The translations under genes were made by a program, and so were the position numbers. From the NCBI GenBank assembly GCA_012295275.1, contig CM022677.1, positions 11,594,001 through 11,658,000 of the forward strand: a stretch of 64,000 nt of DNA, in the 5' to 3' direction. Source of the DNA: Chrysomallon squamiferum (Eukaryota > Animalia > Mollusca). Position 1 is the stretch's first letter; each line of letters begins with the position of its first letter. The notes beneath the pieces were generated by a model, which was given only the letters and a program-made list of their open reading frames with translations, did not search any database and was not told where the DNA came from. Of the stretch, positions 1 through 13,523 are shown piece after piece.

Positions 1-723
1 CACGTGTTATCCAGACAGACACCAGAAAAATATAATTAAAAACACAGTCTGTGGTGTAATTATTGAAAATCACCTTCATCATTCTTCTGCTTAGAAAAAG
101 TATATTTCCTAAAATACATATAACGCTTTGTCTGGAAGTAAACAAAATATATTTTTTTCTATCACTACTACTGTCAGGAAGAGAGCGAGAAAAGAAAATA
201 AAACGAAAAAAAAAAATTAAGTCTTTTGTTAATAATATGAATCTGGAAATCTAACTCGCTAAGTATCAGCTCTACAGCTACTGTTGAAAAAAGGGTACAT
301 AACTCTAGTTCACTGCAGCACATTATGTTCTGTTTTTTATTCACAGTTTTAGCGATTTAGTTTTATCTGTAATATAAATGTGATTTTGTTTCTTGTAATC
401 TCTAATACAGTCAATAAAAAATGATGTTAATCCACAAGCGCGCGCATTAATTCTGATTATCCACTGATCTTCTATAAAACAAAATATTTGTCTTGTGCAT
501 TCTGCGTTAGTGAATATAAGTAATGTTTCAAGTTATAAAATGTCATATTATTAATCTATCCTCTTCTCACCTTTTCAAGTATAGTCATACATTGGTGATT
601 AAAAAAAAATATCAAAAAACAAATCCAGAAGCCCATTTAATACATTCAATATACACCTCTCACCTACATACTAAATTATAAAAAATGTTTTTATTATACG
701 ATGTGAATATTTATTTGTTTATT

Positions 724-785
<62 letters not shown>

Positions 786-1977
786 CCTCAAATAATTGTC
801 TCGGTCATTCTCATTTTTATTTTTTTTTTTTTTTTTTTTTTATCTTCTGTTTGTCATTAAAGAGGATTGAAAAGTGGATATCTCCAGGTTACTTGTCTGT
901 GTGAAGCTATAGCTACGTCATAAAATATATTGACATCCAGACTGGAGCGATGATGTTAACTTTTGAAGTCTTACGGATATTGAGAAGTAAACAAATCGAA
1001 TAAAGATTAACATTTTATTTTATTTATATTACTATTGTTGCTGTCGTTGTCGTTGTTGTTGTTGTTTTATGTGTTTACTGTAGCATATAGTAAACATTAC
1101 AGGTGTGATTTTACTGCGAAAACACTGTGTACATTCAGAAATGTAGATTGGGCTATTTATATTACATGTTTTATGTAACAGAGGCGTAAAGGTAATATTA
1201 TATATTGAAAAATAGAGATATTGGTTTTTAATTAACAATATTAGATAATTTTATTTTGGATAATAAATAAATAATAAGCTTAATTTTTCATTAACAGGTA
1301 TAACGTATCTAACAAGTTGAATCATGAATCAACGTTGTTTCTTTTTTCTTTTTTTATTAAGATAGTAGAATTGCAGTTGAGAGGTGAGAGGCTAGATTAA
1401 GATGAATTAACATCACCATGTTACTGATATTTGCAAGTGCATCTTTCTTAAGTGCATCTACTAGAAAAGTCTAGAATATAGAGAAACATTAATAGACGTT
1501 TTTATTATTAAAAGTAAAGTGAAAAGGCGAGGATGCGCGAGATGAATCTTGTTTATTATAACACAAGTTCTGTAAATATACTGCGCTATTACATCAATGT
1601 ATCTATCTGTCTGTTATTTAACTATATACATAAACACCATCTCACTGATATGAACTTTCGTATATAAATATCCTCTAAGGCAAACACGTATACCAAGCTA
1701 TTTCTTTTCTATGTGTGTGTGAATGTGTATGTGTGTGTGTCTATCTCTCTATCTGTTTATTTGTTGATAATTTTTCTTTATTTATAATGACGACTGTAAT
1801 ACTGACATAACGACATTAACGATAAAAACAACAACACTAATTGCAATAATACTACTTAAAATGATAAATATAATATAATTTGGTCCTCAAATTTGTTGGA
1901 CTGATTATTGCTATATAATCATTGTTTACTACTAATAATAATTAGTCCTAATCATAATACAAGTCACATTCAATAAA

Positions 1978-2410
1978 CTACACTCCTTGACAAACATCAC
2001 ACAAGAATACAATATCTTTAAAGTCTGCACCAGCTGGGATTTCAAGATTTGCGCAAGAAACAAGACAATACCAATTTGGGCACCCGTCACATTCTATGAA
2101 CTCCTCAGAATTTATTCCATCATCCATTCTGCCACAGAGTTCACATTTTTCTTGTGTATCTTCTACACAAGTGTCTTCTAGTTCAGACTCATCACCATCA
2201 ACGTTTTCTCTGGCTGCATCCACCGGTTCTGCTGTAGCTTTCAAATTGAACTGCCGTTTTTGATTTGGTATCTTCAATTTTTTTTTGTAATTTTGCCTCT
2301 AAAACATTTGCTTTCTTTGCCTTTTCTTCCTCCTCCTTCTTCTTCTCTGCCAATTCTTCTTCATACCTCTTGACACTTTCTTCTTCTGTCAATTCCTCGG
2401 CAGACCTCAT
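1978..2410 (-). pseudogene. C-terminal fragment of pogo/Tigger-like DDE transposase (K/E-rich helix + PHD-type zinc finger), frameshifted
   Basis: RSAEELTEEESVKRYEEELAEKKKEEEEKAKK, then after a frameshift CELC-x-CDGCPNWYCLVSC-x-CDVC-stop. This LT..E/K-rich + terminal PHD layout is typical of invertebrate pogo-like transposases. No DDE domain is present. Confidence 0.7.
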
Positions 2411-2655
2411 CCTTTTGATTGTATTGCCCCAAGTAATGGAGTAAAATAAAAAGCATATTTCTTGCCTAATTATCACATATTAATCAAGTTTCTTCAAGCT
2501 GAACTTAAAAACCGATTATATTTACCTGTTATAATTTATCACTAACCTTATGTCTATAGGACTAAAAATTAACACTCACTTTTGAAACCTCAAAATGCAG
2601 TATAGCGGCTGCAAGTCATAATATACCTCGGAGGCCAGAATTACCCCAAATTAGC
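2411..2655 (-). mobile_element. 5' end of pogo/Tc1-mariner-like DNA transposon (eroded TIR)
   Basis: ggccagaattacccca and ttgcccca terminal/subterminal motifs, shared with copies at 14104, 36978 and 46192. Confidence 0.55.
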
Positions 2656-3145
2656 TTTAAAAAAATAATTTGAATGAATCTAGTAAATTCAGTGAATGAT
2701 CTATATTCAGGAGACTTGAATTATTTTATTTTATTTTTACCATTTTTTTATCTTACTCAACACTCAATCTTATTTGTATATTTACCAACGTGCGTGTTAA
2801 ATAGAGTTGTTTCTCTTAGACCACGAACTTCTGAAATAAATTACTCCTCGCACTGGCGAGGTAACGGTAAATTAGATTTGTTGCTTTTAGATGAAAATAA
2901 CTAATTCTGTATAGTGTTTTGGTTTATTTAACGTGATATTAGTATTTGATGAATTATTGTAAAATTGCCATTTTATTTAATTTTATTTATTTATTTTATT
3001 TATTTATTTCATTTATTTTAGTTGTAAAAAAATAGTTAGGAAAGGCACAAGAGATCACAGTTTTTTAATATGAACAACCATCTTTATCTTGTAAATCATA
3101 AAACGTTCAGAAAATAGACGTAAAATAATTGTATTTGGAAGTATA

Positions 3146-3200
3146 AAACTTCCGTGACCTCACGGAACCTTCCGAGCGAAATCCAAGATGGCAGCAACGA
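3146..3200 (+). promoter_or_regulatory. Housekeeping-type promoter element (ETS-like ACTTCCG/CGGAA sites, TTCCGTGA-CC-TCACGGAA palindrome, YY1-like CAAGATGGCAGC)
   Basis: Motifs read directly from the sequence, in a CpG-containing patch within AT-rich DNA. Copies at 13476-13523 and 36353-36400. Confidence 0.45.
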
Positions 3201-5899
3201 ACGCCGATCAATATTTACACACGTTCTAAACATGTAGACCTTTATAATGCAATAATTCTACATGGATCATGAAAAGTAATTTGGAGAAGAAAGTCATATA
3301 ACCAATGTCTTTTATACATAGATGGCTAATACTCTGTAGCAATTACTGAAAATGTGGTAACATTTCTTTTTTTATTCTTTTTTATTTTCTGACGTTGACG
3401 TAATATATCACTACGCACCCATTTCGTACTATTTTTTATTTTTTTTTCACTTTTTATTACGATATCGTCAGCCAAGAAAAAATAAATACCAAAATTTAAA
3501 AAATAAGTAAATAAATAAAAGTAAAATAAAATAACTGAAATAAAATAAAGTAAAATGAAATAAATAATTTTCACTGACGCTGGTTGGAGGGATGAATCTC
3601 TCCATATAGATATACACACATACATACATACATATATACATACACACACACGTGTATAGGAATAATAATGTATTTGTATGTTTAGAAGTTGATTAGCACG
3701 TATATGTATATAAAAGGATAAGTAACTACGTGTGTGTATGTGTGTGTGTGTGTGTGTGTGTAAAAAAGGGTGGATAGATGGTAGATGATAACAGACAGGT
3801 AAGTTTATAGACAGAAGAAAGGTAGATAGATCACTAGAACTAGATGCAAGGATGAATGAGAATATACCTGCACATCTGTAAGAAAGACTAACTCTGTTCC
3901 TTATGTATATGGCATAAATAGATAGATAAATAAATATATTTATAGATAGATAACTAGATAGAAAGAATGTATTTAAATACTTAAAAAGGATGTAAATAGA
4001 GAGAGTGTATACGTACTGTGTGTGTGCGTGTGAGTGCAAGATAGACTGTGGCTATGTATAACTGAGAAGGTGAGATAGATTGATATAGAGATTGTTTAGA
4101 CATCGCTTCAGAGATAGATTGATGTGTTAGGTAGACAATAATTAGGTACATATATAGATAGATATATACAGCTAACATAGATAAATTGATTTGTATGTGT
4201 GTGTGTGGATAAATATATGTGTCAGAGAGAAGGGGCATACAAATGTGTGTCAGAGATAGTGTGTTTTTGTGGATTTTTGAAAGAGTCAGATGATTGATAG
4301 AGAGATTAAATATAAATAAATACTTGAGCGAATATATTTATGTGTGTATATATATGTGTGTGTTACAGAGGGTAGATATAGATGTATGGATGGACACACA
4401 CACAAACACATTCACATAGTGATATACAACATAAATAGATACATACATACATAGGTTAATAATAATGATTATTTGTATTTATGTTAGAGGATTGGTATAT
4501 AACTGAATGTGTGAATAAGAGAATGTTTATATGTGTATTAGATAGATTATAGATAAATGGCTAGCCTGAGAGAGACTGATATGTAGGTGTGGTTCTACGT
4601 GTTTGTGTGTTAAGAGAGAGAACAGGTATTGCCCTCATTATGAAACAGAAGTATGCCATGTGTGTATGATTTTTCAGAGAATGAGAGATGATTATATAAA
4701 TAAATACAGATATACACAGACAGACAGAGAGAGGAGAGTGATGAATAAATGATTAGCTAGACAGGTAATGGGCACATGTATATGAGTAAAAAAATCATAT
4801 TTCTTCATTAAAGTCTGTTTCTAATAACTATGTTAGAAAGAGGTGAGCAGGTGCGAGTTTAAGCTACACCACAGGTTGACCAATAAAGAGACAGACAGAT
4901 AGACAAATAGCCAGAGACATTGATGATGAAATAAAACAAATATATAGATAGACTCATAGGTAGATAGAAACATGCAGGTAAGTAAGGATGGATGGAATGT
5001 TAGATGGATGAACGTTTTGGTGCAAGGAAGAATTGGGAAAATAATAAAAAGATAAAAAGAGGGAATGATGGACTGAAAGGTTTTTTATTAGATGAGCAAT
5101 TACTTTTCAGACTTTATCACATTGTTAACACGTAAGGTCCAAATTGTAGGCCCATGGATTGAGTGATATATCAATGGAATTTGCTTGATCTATAATCTGT
5201 ATGATGACAAATATGTGGAGTTAGGAGGGAGGCACGACTGGAGGTACCAATAAATTGTTATTGAGAGACTAGTGATTTCTAGTATTGTTTATGAAGAGGA
5301 CATTAATCTGGAAATCTGAAAGCATAGTCTTCATCTGCTGATTAGAAGGTAAATATGATCAGATAAGAAGTGTCTATAATATTTTCTGTTAAATAGCACA
5401 TTAAACACATAATCTATAATACATAATTATACTTAAACATCTGGTAAAATAAAATAATCCATCTAATTAGAGTAATCTGGAGAGTGACACAGAGAGTAAT
5501 AAACCCAGAGGGAAATATTTATGTGTCATAACTTATTCTTAAGTACATACACTTCTGTCTCTACTCTGATAGCCTGTCTGTCTACCTGTATAAAGAAAGG
5601 GATTTCAAAGTAATGGCACTGTATTCAAAATTAGAAAAAAGTAGCAATACCCTATATATAGATTGCTAAGATATACGGAGCGGCTAACCACACGAGATTT
5701 CTGTCTTCTCAGTATGAATAAAATCTGATATCATTTCTGAAATGAGTTTGAACACTTCAAAATAATAAATAAATAGTACAAATTAAAATGTATAATCTAT
5801 ACTTCATGATGTAATAATGTAAATTTTAAAATCAAAATCTGTGCTCAACCTTTTTGCATGAAAGAGAAAAACAACACCACCTTTTAATTTAGTAAAAAA

Positions 5900-8483
5900 C
5901 AGACTCACTGACAGGGTAGTGCACACCACAGTCTGTAATATATTAGACACGAGGCACTGCCTTGAACAGACAGAGTAACTGACAGGATAGTACATACCAC
6001 AGTCTGTAATATACTAGACACGATGGACTGCCTTGAGCAAACATACTCACTGACAGGATAGTACATACCACGGTCTATAATATATTAGACACAATGCATT
6101 GCTTTCAAGAAACTACTCACTAACACTATAGTCCATACCACAGTCTGAATCATATTACGTAAGAGGCACTGCCTTGAACAAACAGAGACACTGACAGGAT
6201 AGCACATACCACAGTCTGTAATATACAAGAGAAGATGCATTGCTTTGAAGAAACATACTCAATGACAGGATAGTAAATACCACAGTCTGTAATATACTAG
6301 GCACTATGTACGGCCTTGAACAAGCAGACTCTCTGAGAGGAGAGTACATACTACAGTTTATAATATACTAGATAGGATGCACTGCTTTTAAGAAACAGAC
6401 TCACTGACAGGATAGTACATACTACAGTCTGATATATACTAGACACGGTGCCGTGCCTTGAACAAACAGACTCACTGACAGGATAGTACATACCACAGTC
6501 TGTAATATACTAGACACGAGGCACTGCCTTGAAAAAACAGTCACTGACAGGAGAGTACATACCACAGTCTGTAATATACTATGCAGCAGGCACTGCCTTG
6601 AACAAATAGTCACTGACAGGATAGTACATACCACAGTCTGTAATATAGTAGACACCTTGCACTGACTTGAAAAAACAGACTCACTGACACGGTAGTACAT
6701 ACTACAGTCTAATATATACTAGGCACGGTGCTCTGCCTTGAACAAACCGACTCACTGACACGATAGTACATACCATAGCCTGTAATACACTAGACATGAT
6801 GCATTGCCTTGAACAGACACACTGACAGGGTAGTACATACCACAATCTATAATACTAGATATAGTGCACTGCCTTGAAGAAACAGACTCACTGACAGGAT
6901 AGTACATACCACAGTCTGTATCATACTAAACACGATGCATTGCCTTGAACAGACACACTGACAGGGTAGTACATACCACAGTCTGTAATACTAGACACGG
7001 TGCACTGCCTTGATCACACTCACTGACAGGATAGTACATACCACAGTCTGTAATATAGTAGAGACGATGTACTGGCTTGAAGAAAAAGACTCACTGACAG
7101 GGTATTACATACCTCTGTAATACTAGATACAGTGCACTGCCTTGAACAAACAGACTCATTGACACGAGACACGTTCCACAGACTTGAAGAAACAGACACA
7201 GTGACAGGGTAGTACATACCACAGTCTGTAATATACTAGGCACAAGGCTATGCCTTGAACAAATAGTCACTGACAGGATAGTACGTACCACAGTCTGTAA
7301 AATAGTAGGCATCTTGCACTGACTTGAAGAAACAGACTCAGTGACAGGGTAGTACATACCACAGTCTGTAATATACTAGGCACGACCCACTGCCTTGAAC
7401 AAATATAGTTACTGACAGGATAGTACCTACCACAGTCTATAATATACTAGGCACGAGACACTGCCTTGAACAAACAGTCTCTTACAGGATATTCCATACC
7501 ACAGTCTGTAATATAGTAGACACGTTGCACTGACTTGAAGAAACAGACTAATTGACAGGGTAGTACATACCACAGTCTGTAATATTACTAGATACGGTGC
7601 CCTGCCTTGAACAAACAGGCTCACTGACAGGATGCTACATACGACAGTCTGTAATATACTAGGCAAGAGGCCCTGCCTTGAATAAACAGAGTCACTGACA
7701 GGATAGTACCTACCACAATCTGTAATATACTAGGTACGAGGCACTGCGTTGAACAAATAGTCACTGACAGGATAGTACATACCACAGTCTGTAATATAGT
7801 AGACACCTTGCACTGACTTGAAGAAACAGACTCAGTGACAGGGTAGGACATACCACAGTCTGTAATATAGTAGACACCTTGCACTGACTTGAAGAAACAG
7901 ACTCACTGACAGGGTAGTCCATACTACTGTCTAATATATACTAGACACGGTGCCCTGCCTTGAACAAACCGAGTCACTGACAGGATAGTGCATACCACAT
8001 TCTGTAATATACTAGGGAAGAGGCACAGCCTTGAACAAACAGAGACACTGACAGGATAGCACATACCACAGTCTGTAATATACAAGAGAAGATGCATTGC
8101 TTTGAAGACACATACTCAATGACAAGATGGTACATAGCAGAGTCTGTAATATACCTGACACGGTGCACTGCCTTGAAGAAATATACTCACTGACAGGATA
8201 GTACTTACCACAGTCTGTAATATACTAGACACGATGCACTGCTTTGGATAAACAGATTCTCTGAGAGGGTAATACATACCACAGTCTGGAATATACTAGA
8301 CACTTTCTACAGACTTGAAGAAACAGACTTAGTGACAGAGTAGTACATACCACAATCTGTAATATACTAGACACATTCCACAGACTTGAAGAAACAGACT
8401 TAGTGACAGGGTAGGACATACCACAGTCTGTAGTATATTAGGCACAAGGCAATGCCTTGAACAAACAGAGTCACTGACAGGAT
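5900..8483 (+). repeat. 71-bp tandem satellite array (~36 units)
   Basis: Unit ACTCACTGACAGGATAGTACATACCACAGTCTGTAATATACTAGACACGAGGCACTGCCTTGAACAAACAG. Period 71 (acagg at 5911, 5982, 6053...). The minus-strand ORFs here are repeat artefacts. Confidence 0.97.
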
Positions 8484-8494
8484 AATAACCCTAC

Positions 8495-8760
8495 TGGAAT
8501 AGCAAATACAAGGTTATAGAGTTATCTCCCATGATAACTTGTTCCGTTAACCAACCGATAATTCTTCAACCTGACGGTGTAAGAGTTCGCTAGATTTGTT
8601 CGTTGGCTTCACTTTAGCGAACTAATACTTGAATTAATAAGGAAAAACAATAGCAAACTCTTGGTGATAAAGTTATCGCCTGTGATAAACTGTTTTGTTA
8701 ACCACCCGATAACTCTATAACGTTAAGGTTGGAAATGTTAGCTGGCTTCACTTTAGCATT
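8495..8760 (+). repeat. Two diverged ~150-bp tandem units, possibly a Helentron/HINE-type central repeat
   Basis: aatagcaaa...agttatc(t/g)cc(c/t)(a/g)tgataa...gttaacca(a/c)ccgataa...ggcttcactttagc occurs twice. The agttatc(t/g)cc motif resembles mollusc HINE-associated satellites (from memory). Inverted copy at ~44320-44510. Confidence 0.5.
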
Positions 8761-9593
8761 AATGTGTATAAATAGATTTTGGCAAATACGGTAAGCCGAT
8801 ACGTCGAACTTATGGAACTATGAACAATCCTTTTATCTGAAATAAATATTTGAAATAAAATTATTAACAGTGGCTCTTTTGTTATAACTTATAGAAAAAA
8901 TATGGTCACAAAAATATATATACATTTTTTTTTTTTTTTTTTGCACGACTAATGCATAGTGTTTTTAACATCCCAGTCGCCTAAACGGAACTTTGGTCAC
9001 ATTTGGTGACCTGGCGAAAAATGTCCACAGATATTGGATTCAAAAGATATAGCACTACAGATCCACTACATGTAACACAAGCGACATATCGCATAGACCC
9101 CACTGTAATAGTCGTAAATCTGATAAATGATCTTCTTCGCCTTTCATAAGTACTTTTTCAACTTAATCAAACTTTTCAAACTGTATTATGTTTATGCAAA
9201 TGCGTGCATAATAAACTGAAATTATAATTTGTTATAAGATTACTGTATTAACTTTTCCAGTTGGCAATGTTCCCCAACAGAAACGAAGATTCAGGTTTAA
9301 TTCTGGAAGTATTTTTTCATAGGCATCTTTAAAAGTTGATTCATTATTCAACTTGTTAGGTACGTTATACCAATTAATGAAAAATTAAGCTTATTATTTA
9401 TTTATTTATTTATTATGCAAAATAAAAGTATCTAACATTGTTAATTAAAAAATAACACTTGTATTTTTCAATAAACTGTGTTTTCAATACATAATATTAT
9501 AGCTGCACCTCTGTTTAGAACATAAAACATGTAGCATAAATAGGGAAGTGGCGTGTTATTATAAGTAATTAAACATTTTCTTTCTTCTCGTAG

Positions 9594-9810
9594 ATGTAGA
9601 TTTCTTTCTTCCTACGGATGGGTCCCTCCATGGGTGTCCATGGGCAAAACCGTCTTCCCGTGTGTAGTGGTCCAACAAGCACGGCATGACAGTTGACATG
9701 ATGCGAAAAGCAGCTCAAACCACAAACTGATAAAAAACACCCGATGAATATAAAGTTGATAATAATTATTAAAACACTATGTTATTTACGAAACATCATA
9801 AACGTGAAGA
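9594..9810 (+). pseudogene. Diverged paralog of the exon at 33636-33837 (VDFF...PW..PSSRV*)
   Basis: Polypyrimidine-AG acceptor, then gatttcttt...ccatgggc...tcttcccgtgtgtag...gcgaaaagcagctcaaa shared with 33636-33837 and 31465-31680. Confidence 0.4.
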
Positions 9811-10139
9811 ATGTGAACATGGTGATCAGTAAATAGCATTGAAATTTAGATTAATTTATTACAATAATCGGACATCTCGGTTCTTGGTTTGCGTTTCGGT
9901 TTGAATAGCGAGACATATCTTTGCGGTAGACATACCTAAAATAAAATGAATTACTTCGAAAATAAAAATAATAATTATTGATGACAATAGTTAAAAAATA
10001 AATTATAATAAGATTTAAATCACTGATGATTTCGTGCTTACCAATTAGAATTTATACTAACCATACACTCGGTGTTTTATAATGTTTATTTTTATATCGA
10101 TCGGAGTTGAAAATAAAAATTAATATTCGGCTAACTTCG

Positions 10140-10185
10140 TTTTGACGTTCGGATGTATGACGTCATCAATGCTTTGTTTACATAG
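10140..10185 (+). promoter_or_regulatory. CRE palindrome (ATGACGTCAT) + half-CRE + forkhead TGTTTAC upstream of PMEVD exon
   Basis: tgacgttcggatgtatgacgtcatcaatgctttgtttac; conserved in the copy at ~32020-32060. Confidence 0.3.
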
Positions 10186-10686
10186 ATACAGTTGGCGATA
10201 TTGAAGATAAGCGCATTCGAGTTAGTTCTGACTTTACTTTCCTTCTTTTTTACTTTGTATATTGAACTGCATTTGCAAATGATGAAGGTTACATTTATGT
10301 AGGTTTAATTTTTATATTATTAACATATTTAAGTCCAAACTGGACATATTGTTTTATTCACAGTGAGGTTGTGCTAGATTATTTTTAGATTAGATAATCA
10401 ACGATAACTGAAAACTGCGTGTATGCATTACTTTCTGACCTCTAATGCTATGATTCCTGTTTCTGATATTGTTAATATACCCTTGTCAAAATATGTTTAT
10501 TTTTACATAAAAATAACAACAATAATCAATTACAGATAGTGTTTCGATTGTTTTTATTTAAAAAGAATAAAGGATATGTAAAACATATCTTATTATCTGA
10601 CAAATATTATTTTATTAATTCTTCCCGTCTAAAAATATTTAGTGAATGGTTTCTATAAAATATTTGAACAGTTCTGTTGTTTTCAG

Positions 10687-10876
10687 AATCCGTTTCGAAA
10701 AGCCCATGGACGTCGACCCCTTCGACGACAGAGACATTCAACCAATGGAGGTTGACCCAGCACGACCTGGAGCTGACTGGAAGCTCAAAGCAGCTCAAAG
10801 CTTGAACTGGCAAAAACAACTGATGAACACAAAAGTTGACAAAACGTTTCAATCACGAAACATCATAAACATGTAA
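10687..10876 (+). pseudogene. PMEVD-repeat exon (1 unit) fused by deletion to the downstream exon
   Basis: tttcag acceptor; IRFEKPMDVDPFDDRDIQPMEVDP joined to ARPGADWKLKAAQ..., which lies ~250 bp beyond the exon end in the 33.3-33.8 kb copy. Confidence 0.45.
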
Positions 10877-11486
10877 GTCATGCCAGTCATTTATATCTTG
10901 ATCAGTGGTGGTGACAGCAAATTAAAGAAGTTTTTTCCTCTCAATGTTGCACTTATGAATATATATTTACAAAACAGTAACAGTAATTCAGGAATATGTT
11001 TTAGAATACATATATAATCAACCCATGTACCTATTTTTACATTTGTAAAGATTAATAGTTTTCTAAATAAAAAAATGGTGTTGTTTTTCTCTTTCATGCA
11101 ATCACAGATTGAGCACAGATTTTGTTCTTAAAATCTACATTATTACATAATTAAGTATAGTTTATAAATTTTAATTTGTACTATTTTTTTATTATGTTGA
11201 AGTGTTCAAACTCATTTCAGAAATGACATCAGATTTTATTCATTCTGAGAAGACAGAAATCTCGTGTGGTTAGCCGCTCCGTATATCTTAGCGATCACAC
11301 CCAGGACCGGTCCCAGGGTTTTCCTCTTTATATTCTAAAGATCTCAACTATACAAGGTGGCGCCATGACTACATGTGCAGGTACCTCCAGACATTGTTGT
11401 TCTGTTATATTAGCAGTTATATAACCTGTTATATTAGCACTTCACATAACAGTCGCTATTGGTATTAATGCTGAATATAATATATA

Positions 11487-11523
<37 letters not shown>

Positions 11524-12884
11524 ACAGATTTTATTCATACTGAGAAGACAGAAATCTCATGTGGTTAGCCGCTCTGTATATCTTAGCAATCTATATATAG
11601 TGTATTACTACTTTTTTCTAATTTCGAATACAGTGCCATTTCTTATCTTATCATATTTACCTTCTAATCAGCAGATGAAGACTATGCTTTCAGTGTAGAC
11701 AAACACAGACTAGATTTCCAGATTAATGTTCTCTTCATAAACAATGCTAGAAATCACTAATCTCTCATTAACAATGTATTACTACTTCCAGTCATGCCTA
11801 CCTCCTAACTCCATATATTCCACATCACACAGTTTATATATTAAGCCAAATTCCATTGATATATCACTCAATCCAATGACCTACAATGAGGACCTTATTT
11901 ATTAACAATGTGATGTCTGAAAAGTAATTGCTTATATAATTGAAAACCTTTCAATCCATCATTCCCTCTTTTTATCCTTTTATTATTTTCTCAGTTCTTC
12001 TTTGCACCAAAACGTTTATCCATCTAACACTCCATCCATCCTTACCTACCTGCATGTTTCTATCTATCTATCGGTCTATCTATATATTTGTTTTATTTCA
12101 TCATCAATTTCTCTGGCTATTTGTCTGTCTATCTGTCTCTTTATTGGTCAACCTGTGATGTAGCTTAATCTCGCACCTGCTCACCTCTTTCTAACATAGT
12201 CATTAGAAACAGACTTTAATGACGAACTCATATGATTTTTTTACTCATATACATGTGCCCATTACCTGTCTAGCTAACCATTTATTCATCACTATCCTCT
12301 GTCTGTCTGTCTGTCTATATCTATTTTTATTTATATAATTATCTCTCATTCTCTGAAAAATCTTACACTCACGGCATACTTCTCTGTTTCATAGTGAGGT
12401 CAATACCTGTTCTCTCTCTGTAACACACAGACACATATAACCATACCTACCCATCAGTTTATCTATATTAGCTATATATATATATATCTATATGTACCTA
12501 ATTATTGTCTACCTAATATATCAATCTATCTCTGAAGCGATGTCTATCTCTATATCAATCTATCTCACCTTCTCAGTTATACATAGTCACAATCTATCTT
12601 GCACACACACACAAGTACATACGCACACACACACGTACGTATACGCACTCTCTGTTTACATCCTTTTTAAGTATATTTAAATACAATCTTTCTGTCTAGT
12701 TAGCTATCTATAAATATATTTATTTATCTATCTATTTATGCCATATACATAAGCAACACAGTCAGTCGTTCTTACAGATGTACAGTTATATTCTCATGCA
12801 TCCTATCTATCTTTCTAGTAATCCATCTACCTTTCTTCTGTCTATCAATTTACCTGTCTGTTATCATCTACCATCTATCCACCC

Positions 12885-12931
<47 letters not shown>

Positions 12932-13475
12932 GTTACTTATCCTTTTATATACATATACGTGCTAATCATCTTCTAAACATACAAATACATTATCATTCCT
13001 ATACACGTGTGTGTGTGTGTGTGTATATATGTATGTATGTGTGTGTGTATATTTATATGGCTAGATGCATCCTTCCAACCAGCATCAGTGAAAATTATTT
13101 ATTTCATTTTAATTTATTTTATTTCAATTATTTTATTTTAGTTTTATTTATTTACTGATTTTTTTATATTTTTTGTATTTTTAAAAAAAAAATTTGGGTG
13201 ACGATGTTATGAAAAGTGGGAAAAAAAAAATACTGCAAAAAAAAAAAAATGGGTTACGAGATGGTATATTACGTCATTGTCAGAAAAAAAAAAAAAAAAA
13301 AAAAAGAAATGTTACCACGTTTTCAGCAATTACTACAGAGTATAGGCCATCTATGTATAAGAGGCATTGGTTATATGACATACTTCTCAAATTACTTTTA
13401 ATTATCCATGTAGAATTATTGCATTTATAAAATCCTACATGTTTAAAAGTCTGTAAATATTGATCGGCGTTCGAT

Positions 13476-13523
13476 GCTGCCATCTTGGATTTCGATCGGA
13501 AGTTTCCGTGAGGTCACGGAAGT
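13476..13523 (-). promoter_or_regulatory. ETS x2 + YY1-like promoter element, copy 2
   Basis: gctgccatcttg...cggaagtttccgtgaggtcacggaagt. Confidence 0.45.

Larger units (their letters stand above)
1..5890. repeat. Left arm of large imperfect inverted repeat (partner 11065-17752); runs off the window start
   Basis: 1-100 is the reverse complement of ~17655-17752 and 5820-5890 of ~11065-11140. Intervening landmarks (PHD ORF, ETS/YY1 element, CA tracts) are collinear in mirror order, with substitutions and several indels. Confidence 0.95.

Noticed and set aside
3326-4238. 237-aa and 85-aa ORFs (and paralogs at 12.5-13.4 kb, 35.4-36.3 kb)
   Set aside because: Built from CA/TA/TCTA microsatellite-like sequence; the frame is not conserved among copies
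5900-8483. CRISPR array, or coding ORFs in the 71-bp repeat
   Set aside because: Variable windows are ~10 nt, mutually related and recurrent rather than unique spacers. The context is eukaryotic with no cas genes, and the unit length is not divisible by 3.
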